From assembly GCA_002862745.1 (NCBI GenBank), contig PKDX01000021.1:36523-100522 (forward strand): a DNA stretch of 64,000 nucleotides, written 5' to 3'. Below, in pieces: positions 52,101 through 58,586 of this stretch (within the stretch, counting starts at the first letter, position 1; each line of letters begins with the position of its first letter). The notes beneath the pieces were generated by a model, which worked only from the letters and a program-made list of their open reading frames with translations, ran no database searches and was not told where the DNA came from. The stretch comes from Bacteroidota bacterium. Lineage in GTDB: Bacteria > Bacteroidota > Bacteroidia > Chitinophagales > UBA8649. The position numbers were made by a program, and so were the translations under genes.

Positions 52101-55100
52101 CAACGGCACTGACCTTGAAGTAACCGATGCAGGTGGAACGATCACTACAGACCTATCCTCTCTTGTGGATGACGCCGATGCCGACCCTACAAATGAACTA
52201 CAGGATTTGAGTATCAATGCAGCCAATGATTCTATTCTTATTTCTAACGGACAAGGTATTTCGTTAGGAAGCCTTGACACGGATGATCAAAATTTAGATT
52301 CAGCTGTTTTAAATGCCGACTCTACCCTATCAATCTTTATCCAAGATGGCACCTCTACTTCAGTCGACCTTTCATCAGTCTTTGATAATACGGATGCTCA
52401 AACACTTAGCCTGAATGCCATAGGTACTGAGCTATCGATTTCAAATGGCAATACAGTCACTTTAGTAGATGCTGACTCCACGAATGAGTTACAGACACTT
52501 CTTGTTGATCGTATCACAGACTCTCTTTATATCTCAGGCTCAAACGGAGACACCTTAATGGGAATTGATCTAAATGACGTAATTACTTGTGTCATTCCTC
52601 CGCAAAATCTCACCTACGCCATAATGGATGGAGATACGCTCGAAATCGATATTGAAGGGGGTGATAGTGTGCGCGTCGATTTATCTCAGTTCTTAGATAA
52701 TACAGACAATCAAGATATCACGTCAGTTGTACTGAATGCTGATTCGACGATTACCGTGAATATCCAAAATGGAGCTTCTGCTACGGTTGATGTTGCTGCA
52801 ATCTTTGATAATACAGACGATCAAAACCTTGATTCAATCAGTCTAGCAGGCACTGTAGCTACTGTATTTATTGAAGGCGGTGCATCTGCATCTATTGACC
52901 TAGCATCTCTTGTGGATGATGCCGATGCCGATCCGACAAACGAGCTAACGACAAGCGTCATCCTGAACGGGACGGACCTCGAAGTCACCGATGCTGGAGG
53001 AACCATTACTACTAATCTTTCTTCACTTGTAGATGATGCTGATGCGGATCCTACAAATGAATTAACCACAGGAGTTGTACTTAATGGTACTGACCTTGAA
53101 GTAACCGATGCAGGTGGAACCATTACTACTGACCTCTCCTCACTTGTGGATGATGCCGATGCTGACCCTATAAACGAGTTGACTACAGGTGTTGTTCTTA
53201 ACGGCACTGACCTTGAAGTAACCGATGCAGGAGGAACCATTACTACTGATCTTTCTTCTCTTGTCGATGACGCCGATGCGGATCCTACAAATGAATTGAA
53301 TACAGGTGTTGCACTTAATGGTACTGACCTTGAAGTAACCGATGCAGGTGGAACCATCACTACCGATTTATCTTCTCTTGTAGATGATGCTGATGCTGAT
53401 CCTAATAACGAATTGACTACAGGTGTTGTACTCAATGGCACTGACCTAGAAGTCACTGATGCAGGAGGAACCATTACTACTGATCTTTCTTCTCTTGTCG
53501 ATGATGCCGATGCGGATCCTACAAATGAATACAACACGAGTGTTGTTCTTAATGGTACTGACCTTGAAGTAACCGATGCAGGTGGAATAATTACTACTGA
53601 TCTTTCTTCTCTTGTCGATGACGCCGATGCGGATCCTGCAAATGAATTACAAGACCTGAGCATTAATGCTACAAGTGACTCCATATTAATATCTAATGGA
53701 CTTGGAATACCTGCTGGTGGAATTCCTCTTTCAGCAGTTGACACGGATGAACAAAACTTAGATTCGGCCACGCTAACAGGTACAAACCTCACAGTTTATA
53801 TTGAGAATGGATCATCTGCTGGGGTGGATTTAGGCCCCTTGCAAGATGCCGATTGGTTTGTTGAAGGCGGTGGTGATGTTGCCACAAGTATAAATCAAAA
53901 CATCTATACGAATGGTTTTGTAGGTATAGGAAATAACGCTCCTGGACTTACATTAGATATTGCAGGAGATATAGCCTTTAGAGAGACGGCGTCTAACACG
54001 ACCACTTCTCCAATCACCAATTTTGCTGCAGGAACCTTAAATACTTCTTTCTACACATTTAATGGTCAGGTAAGTGACTTTACAATTAATACAATTGCTC
54101 AACCAAGCGATGGTAAAGTACTCGTACTCCAAAATGCAACGTCATTCAACATGACCTTGATAAATGAATCAGCTTCAGCCATTGGAGTGGCCATCCGAAC
54201 GATGACAGGCTCTGATTTAACGTTAACAGGCCAATCTACTGTTACTTTAATTTATTCAGCATCTGAAAATCGTTGGATTGTACTTGCATTCCAAGATGAA
54301 ACTACCCTAGATGCAGATGCCCAAACTCTAACACTTACTAACGATAATCAGTTAAGTATCTCCAATGGTAATACCGTAACCATGGTTGACGCAGATTCTA
54401 CCAACGAGCTTCAAACGCTTATTGTAGATCGAATTACAGACTCATTGTATATCTCAGGAACTAGTGGAGATACATTGATGGGTATTGATCTCAATGATGT
54501 AATTACTTGTGTTATTCCTCCTCAAAACCTCACTTATGCAAACCTTATTGGTGATACACTAGAAATTGATATCGAGGGGGGTGATAGCGTTCGAGTCGAC
54601 CTTTCCTCTTTAGGTAGTAATGACCTAGATGATGCCTATGACCAAGGAGGACCTGGTGTAGGACGAATAATCCAGGCGGATAGTGGACCAGTAGAAATTA
54701 TTGGTGGAGACGGAATTATGGTAAGCACGAATGGAGTTGGGATAGGAACACCCATTCCCAATATTCCTAATGGAACCTCTGTCATGTACTATAGCCCAAC
54801 TAAGGGTGCATTCAGAGCTGGGGGTACAGCCAATAACCGATGGGATGATGCATCTGTAGGATTGTTTTCATGGGCTGGGGGAAGCAACTCTTTAGCTTCT
54901 GCACCCTATACATTTGCATGGGGTAATGGAGGTAGCGCAAGCGCAGAAAATGCAATTTCTCTAGGCGCTGCCAATACAGTTTTTGGTGTGAGCAGTATTG
55001 CATTAGGAACGAATAATCAAATTGGTGGAAGCCAATCAGTTATTCTTGGCACAAACAACAGAATTGACGAATTCAATACGGTGATACTTGGTCCAGACAA

Positions 55101-55827
55101 CTATGCTCGAAGAAGAGGTAGCATAATTATTGGAGAGGAAAATACAACCAATGGAAATTTCGAATATGTTATTGGAGCAGACAACATTGTATCACGAACT
55201 AATGGCATAGTTGTAGGATTTAACAACGTTTCTGCATCAGAATTTGGAGTGATAATTGGATCAGATAACTCAACAAGTAACCTATCAAGATCTTCCTATG
55301 TTTTAGGAAACAACATGGACCTTAGAGGTAGCAGTGAAGTAGGCTTAGGACAGTTTAATAACATTAATGTTCCTTTCTCCCAATTATGGGATGTACGAGA
55401 CAGGTTGTTTACTATTGGAAATGGACAGAATGCTGGTACTCGATCGAATGCGATGACCATCTTAAAGAGCGGAAATGTTGGACTTGGAAATACAACAGAA
55501 GGTCTAAGTCCACCTAACCTCCTTACGCTTGACAATGGTGCAGCCGATCCATTAAAGATCAACAATTTAGTCACTGACAACACCTTATCCCAAGTATTAG
55601 TTATTGATGCCAACGGCGTAGTTCACGCAATGGATATCTCTTCAATTTCTCCAACAGTACCAGGAGGTGCTAACACTCCTAATGGCTTAGGTGTTGCAGA
55701 CATTAATACCCTGCAGCAAACCATTCAACAGCAACAAGGTCAGATTGATGCTTTGATTCAGCAAAACCAAGACTTACTATTCCGTCTTGAGCAGCTCGAG
55801 CTAGGGAATAATCCGACTAACCCTTAA
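49156..55827 (+). CDS. giant (2223 aa) secreted repeat/fibre protein with YadA-head-like beta-roll and C-terminal coiled coil
   Basis: Signal peptide MRSLYLILVVLVCSTVTLFAQ and an N-terminal domain paralogous to the previous gene. Dozens of ~37-39-aa modules, a block of 14-residue hhhGxxN repeats, and a Q/L-rich heptad C-terminus. No T9SS C-terminal domain and no beta-barrel anchor are recognisable. Confidence 0.85.
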   Translation: MRSLYLILVVLVCSTVTLFAQDNVGIGTLTPNPNAALDVESNDKGLLIPRLDPAQRAAIQLGLGAAETGLLVFDPVDELFYYWDNTQAVWVPFSDDQNIDSVVLNADTTLTVYIENGASATVDVRPLINDPDFDPTNEIQDLAMNATLDSLLISLGGTGVALTDLDRQDLIYDAIADSLLITNGAGIALDSIDNQGIDSFSISGTVLTVHIENGSPASIDLAGLPTIQDLDSAILNPDSTLTIYIEAALPTTVDLSSLFDNTDAQTLSLNATGTELSISNGNTVTLVDADSTNELQDLSLNPAGDSLLISNGQGILLSGIDNQNIDSFVLNADSTLTVFIQDGSSATVDVSSLFDNTDDQNITSVILNGDSTITVNIENGTSASVDVSSLFDNTDDQDITSVVLNADSTLTVNIENGASATVDLSSVFDNTDNQNIDSVVLNGTVATVFIEDGSSASVDLASLIDDADADPTNEFQNLSFNGSGDSLLISNGTGVELTGIDNQNIDSVILNSDSTITVFIEDGLPATVNVASLFDNTDAQTLSLNATGTELSISNGNTVTLVDADSTNELQSLLVDRITDSLYISGLNGDTLMGIDLNDVITCVIPPQNLTYAIMDGDTLEIDIEGGDSVRVDLSQFLDNTDNQDITSVVLNADSTITVNIQNGASATVDVAAIFDNTDDQNLDSISLAGTVATVFIEGGASASIDLASLVDDADADPTNELQDLSFNGAGDSLLISNGLGVALSGIDNQDITSIVLNGDSSLTVNIEDGASATVDLTSLFDNTDDQDITSVVLNADSTITVNIENGASATVDVSSAFDNTDDQNITSVVLNADSTITVNIENGTSATVDISSAFDNTDDQNITSVVLNADSTITVNIENGTSATVDISSAFDNTDDQNITSVVLNADSTLTVNIENGSSATVDLTSAFDNTDDQNIDSVVLNGTVATVYIEGGSAASVDLASLIDDADADATNELNTGVVLNGTDLEVTDAGGTITTDLSSLVDDADADPTNELQDLSINAANDSILISNGQGISLGSLDTDDQNLDSAVLNADSTLSIFIQDGTSTSVDLSSVFDNTDAQTLSLNAIGTELSISNGNTVTLVDADSTNELQTLLVDRITDSLYISGSNGDTLMGIDLNDVITCVIPPQNLTYAIMDGDTLEIDIEGGDSVRVDLSQFLDNTDNQDITSVVLNADSTITVNIQNGASATVDVAAIFDNTDDQNLDSISLAGTVATVFIEGGASASIDLASLVDDADADPTNELTTSVILNGTDLEVTDAGGTITTNLSSLVDDADADPTNELTTGVVLNGTDLEVTDAGGTITTDLSSLVDDADADPINELTTGVVLNGTDLEVTDAGGTITTDLSSLVDDADADPTNELNTGVALNGTDLEVTDAGGTITTDLSSLVDDADADPNNELTTGVVLNGTDLEVTDAGGTITTDLSSLVDDADADPTNEYNTSVVLNGTDLEVTDAGGIITTDLSSLVDDADADPANELQDLSINATSDSILISNGLGIPAGGIPLSAVDTDEQNLDSATLTGTNLTVYIENGSSAGVDLGPLQDADWFVEGGGDVATSINQNIYTNGFVGIGNNAPGLTLDIAGDIAFRETASNTTTSPITNFAAGTLNTSFYTFNGQVSDFTINTIAQPSDGKVLVLQNATSFNMTLINESASAIGVAIRTMTGSDLTLTGQSTVTLIYSASENRWIVLAFQDETTLDADAQTLTLTNDNQLSISNGNTVTMVDADSTNELQTLIVDRITDSLYISGTSGDTLMGIDLNDVITCVIPPQNLTYANLIGDTLEIDIEGGDSVRVDLSSLGSNDLDDAYDQGGPGVGRIIQADSGPVEIIGGDGIMVSTNGVGIGTPIPNIPNGTSVMYYSPTKGAFRAGGTANNRWDDASVGLFSWAGGSNSLASAPYTFAWGNGGSASAENAISLGAANTVFGVSSIALGTNNQIGGSQSVILGTNNRIDEFNTVILGPDNYARRRGSIIIGEENTTNGNFEYVIGADNIVSRTNGIVVGFNNVSASEFGVIIGSDNSTSNLSRSSYVLGNNMDLRGSSEVGLGQFNNINVPFSQLWDVRDRLFTIGNGQNAGTRSNAMTILKSGNVGLGNTTEGLSPPNLLTLDNGAADPLKINNLVTDNTLSQVLVIDANGVVHAMDISSISPTVPGGANTPNGLGVADINTLQQTIQQQQGQIDALIQQNQDLLFRLEQLELGNNPTNP
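50758..51321 (+). repeat. 564-bp intragenic segmental duplication, copy A (copy B at 52384..52947; partial copies at 49933..50043 and 54310..54612)
   Basis: The 188 encoded residues differ at 3 positions between A and B, with many synonymous nucleotide differences. Confidence 0.9.
51499..51942 (+). repeat. four tandem 111-bp units encoding DNTDDQ(N/D)ITSVVLNADST(I/L)TVNIENGxSATVDxxSAF
   Basis: Unit starts at 51499, 51610, 51721 and 51832, all in frame. Related degenerate units extend on both sides. Confidence 0.9.
52915..53616 (+). repeat. six tandem 117-bp units encoding DDADADPTNELTTGVVLNGTDLEVTDAGGTITTDLSSLV
   Basis: Unit starts at 52915, 53032, 53149, 53266, 53383 and 53500, all in frame. 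Confidence 0.9.
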
Positions 55828-55885
55828 CGAAGGGTGTCAAGCATTCAACGTTGATCTTTCATCGATGAATGCACTAATAAAAAAA

Positions 55886-55905
55886 GGCGCATCATGTGAT
55901 GCGCC
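55886..55905. terminator. bidirectional intrinsic terminator between convergent genes
   Basis: Stem GGCGCATC/GATGCGCC with a 4-nt loop, flanked by an A-run on the 5' side and a T-run on the 3' side. Confidence 0.8.
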
Positions 55906-55930
55906 TTTTTTATTACTTGATTTTTTCGTT

Positions 55931-57070
55931 CTACTTCGTTAAATTTCTTGAGATGACAAGCTTTTGAATTTCACTTGTACCCTCGCCTAACGTCATAAGC
56001 TTAGAATCACGAAGGAATTTCTCTGCAGGATATTCCATAGTATAGCCATTCCCACCCATAATCTGAATTGCCTCATTGGCACAGTATACACATGCCTCTG
56101 AAGCGTACAACTTAGCATAAGAGGACTTCAACGTAACAGGCATTCCATTATTCTTTAAGTAAGCTGCTTGAGAAGTTAGTAATTCAGCTGCCTCGCAACG
56201 TGTATGCATGTCCGCTAACTTAAACCCGATTGCCTGAAAGGAAGAAATTGGTTTACCAAATTGCTCTCGTTGTTTTGCATAGGCTAAGGCAGATTTTGTG
56301 GCACCTTTTGCGATTCCTAAAGAAAGTGCTGCAATGGATATCCGCCCACCATCAAGAATCTTCATGGCCTGCTTAAAGCCTTCGCCTACTTTGCCAAGAA
56401 CATTTTCCATAGGAATCTCGACATTATCAAAGTAAAGTTCAGCGGTTTCACTCGCGCGAACACCCATCTTCTTATCAATTTTATTGGCGGTGAATCCCTT
56501 CATACCTTTTTCAACGATAAAGGCTGTAATACCGTTTGAGTCAAGAAGCTCACCTGTACGAATCAATACAACCGTAACATCTCCGGACAATCCATGCGTT
56601 ATCCAAGTTTTCATTCCATTTACAAGGAAGTGATCACCTTTATCTTCCGCCGTGCACTGCATACGCATAGCATCTGATCCTGTGTTGGGCTCTGTTAACC
56701 CCCAAGCCCCAATGTATTCGCCCGTAGCAAGCTTAGGTAAATATTTCTTTTTCTGTGCTTCATTACCAAAGGCAAGAATATGACCTGTACATAAGGAATT
56801 ATGCGCTGCAACAGAAAGGCCGAATCCACCGCATACCTGACCGAGCTCATCCAGTGTACTCATGTATTCAAAATAGCCCATTCCGCTTCCGCCATATGTT
56901 TCAGGAACGAGAATGCCTAAAAGACCTAACCCTCCAGCTTTTTTCAGGGTTTCTACAGGGAAAAACTCCTCGGCATCCCATTTAGAAAAATATGGTCTGA
57001 CCTCCTTTTCAGCAAAGTCACGCACCATTTGTGCAATCATTTCTTGTTGCTCTGTCCGCGCAAAATTCAT
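55931..57070 (-). CDS. acyl-CoA dehydrogenase (short/medium-chain type)
   Basis: 379 aa. GAWGLTEPNTGSDA, QIMGGNGYTMEYPAEKFLRDSK and EGTSEIQ blocks. Confidence 0.9.
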   Translation of the reverse strand: MNFARTEQQEMIAQMVRDFAEKEVRPYFSKWDAEEFFPVETLKKAGGLGLLGILVPETYGGSGMGYFEYMSTLDELGQVCGGFGLSVAAHNSLCTGHILAFGNEAQKKKYLPKLATGEYIGAWGLTEPNTGSDAMRMQCTAEDKGDHFLVNGMKTWITHGLSGDVTVVLIRTGELLDSNGITAFIVEKGMKGFTANKIDKKMGVRASETAELYFDNVEIPMENVLGKVGEGFKQAMKILDGGRISIAALSLGIAKGATKSALAYAKQREQFGKPISSFQAIGFKLADMHTRCEAAELLTSQAAYLKNNGMPVTLKSSYAKLYASEACVYCANEAIQIMGGNGYTMEYPAEKFLRDSKLMTLGEGTSEIQKLVISRNLTK

Positions 57071-57082
57071 ATTGTCCCTTAT

Positions 57083-57640
57083 TTAATATTCTATCTCGGA
57101 TAACACCGAAGGCGCAAATTTAGTTAACCGTTCAGGTCCATCCAAAAAGGCTAATGTCACAATAAAATGGAAACCCGCTACCGTACCCCCCTCTGCTTCA
57201 ATCAAGTTAACTGCAGCCTCTGCAGTACCCCCAGTAGCAAGAAGATCGTCATGGATAAGCACAGAAGAACCTGGCTTTAAATGACCTTTATGCATTTCAA
57301 TCCAAGCTTCTCCATACTCCAAAGCATAGGAAATCTCCACCTTATCCCCCGGGAGCTTCCCTTTTTTTCGGATTGGAATAAATGGAACTCCAAGTTTATC
57401 CGCAATGGCAATCCCAAACCAATATCCTCTGCTCTCGATGCCCGCAACATAATCTATATTCTTATCCGCCCATTTAGCAGCCGAAGAATCAATAATTTTT
57501 CGCATTAAATGGACATCTAATAAAACAGGAGTTAAGTCTTTGAATACGATACCAGACTTAGGAAAATCAACGATATCTCGTATCGCATTATCCAGCTCTA
57601 TTTGATATGGTGACAGGGATTTCTTCATTACCGTGGTCAT
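57083..57640 (-). CDS. apt: adenine phosphoribosyltransferase
   Basis: FPKSGIVFKDLTP and the PRPP-binding VLIHDDLLATGGTA motif. An alternative start lies at 57628. Confidence 0.92.
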   Translation of the reverse strand: MTTVMKKSLSPYQIELDNAIRDIVDFPKSGIVFKDLTPVLLDVHLMRKIIDSSAAKWADKNIDYVAGIESRGYWFGIAIADKLGVPFIPIRKKGKLPGDKVEISYALEYGEAWIEMHKGHLKPGSSVLIHDDLLATGGTAEAAVNLIEAEGGTVAGFHFIVTLAFLDGPERLTKFAPSVLSEIEY

Positions 57641-58532
57641 AAAGATACGGCTTGAGCTTTAAGAATGGAAGGTGTAATGAATCTTCTATACTAATTTGTA
57701 TACTATCAATGGATATACCTTCAGTATGACAAGCAAATAGCGCTTTTGTTAGGTCATAGCTGGCATATGGATGGCGCAAAACATCTCTAAAAACTGCAGA
57801 GTCTATGTCTATTTTAGAGACCTCTTCTGCGGAAACATATAGATAATCCACCGCCCTATTATAGTGGGAATCCTTCAAACCATAAACTTCTAACAACTGG
57901 TCAATACGTATAAATCCACCAAGTAACTCACGATATCGAATGATACGTTCCGAAAGAACAGGGCCAATGCCTGGTAGAGCTTCTAGGCTCTCTTGATCCG
58001 CACGATTTAGGTTGACTTTCGGAGACAACTTGTCATCCAGTGAACTATTCTTCCAATCATGGATTTGCGCCTTGTCTTCCTTGTTCTCATCATGACTCAC
58101 GGCATGCTCCTCAGCTTCGGAATTCCAAATGATATGGGGTAACACCATCTCCAACTCTTTCGACGAAATTCCACGCACCGCCGCAATATCCTCCTTCGAA
58201 TGAAAGACCTTCCCAGCATTTCTCCATGCAATCCAAGACGAGGCCACTCGGTCTCGTAGACCCAATTGCGTGAGCTCCTTCCATGATACCGTGTTTGGAT
58301 CGCACACATAGGTCGAGTCTTTATACATTTCATTAGCCTGCTGAACTTCATTTAATGACGAACCCTTAACAGGCTTTTCCCCTTTAATTATAGTAACGTC
58401 AGGCGGCCTTCTAAGATAAAGTCCTAAAGCACCCAAAAGCGCTAGGATAAACCATAGACCTAATAGACCACGAACTTCTTTTTTGGAAAGATGAAAATGA
58501 CGCTGTATTCCTTTCATGGTTGCAAGTTGCAA
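57588..58532 (-). CDS. ComEA-like helix-hairpin-helix DNA-binding protein with N-terminal membrane anchor
   Basis: TM segment LLGLWFILALLGALGLYL and the HhH block LNRADQESLEALPGIGPVLSERII. Its 3' end overlaps the apt start. Confidence 0.65.
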   Translation of the reverse strand: MQLATMKGIQRHFHLSKKEVRGLLGLWFILALLGALGLYLRRPPDVTIIKGEKPVKGSSLNEVQQANEMYKDSTYVCDPNTVSWKELTQLGLRDRVASSWIAWRNAGKVFHSKEDIAAVRGISSKELEMVLPHIIWNSEAEEHAVSHDENKEDKAQIHDWKNSSLDDKLSPKVNLNRADQESLEALPGIGPVLSERIIRYRELLGGFIRIDQLLEVYGLKDSHYNRAVDYLYVSAEEVSKIDIDSAVFRDVLRHPYASYDLTKALFACHTEGISIDSIQISIEDSLHLPFLKLKPYLYDHGNEEIPVTISNRAG

Positions 58533-58586
58533 CCCATCCAGAAATCAATCGTAACGAAGTAAGTAAATGGTATCTCGAAACCTGTG

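Noticed and set aside
46910-53616. Regular 54-, 111- and 117-bp direct repeats considered as possible CRISPR-like or other non-coding arrays.
   Set aside because: There is no repeat-spacer alternation. All units are multiples of 3, in frame and translated into coherent protein modules. No cas genes are present.
50232-53792. Antisense ORFs inside the giant gene (50232..50660, 50661..50987, 51957..52280 and 52821..53792, the last 323 aa), plus the + strand off-frame ORF 51572..51895.
   Set aside because: Their periodicity mirrors the sense-strand repeats, so they are repetitive low-complexity translations of the same repeats. They have no independent start context and are fully nested in a 2223-aa ORF with clear domain logic.
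45914-55827. Interpretation of the tail-fibre-like genes as a prophage or tailocin remnant.
   Set aside because: Both proteins carry Sec signal peptides, which is unexpected for virion proteins. I also see no capsid, baseplate, sheath, terminase, lysis or phage-regulator genes in the 64 kb. I cannot exclude an ancient phage origin of the S74-type module itself.
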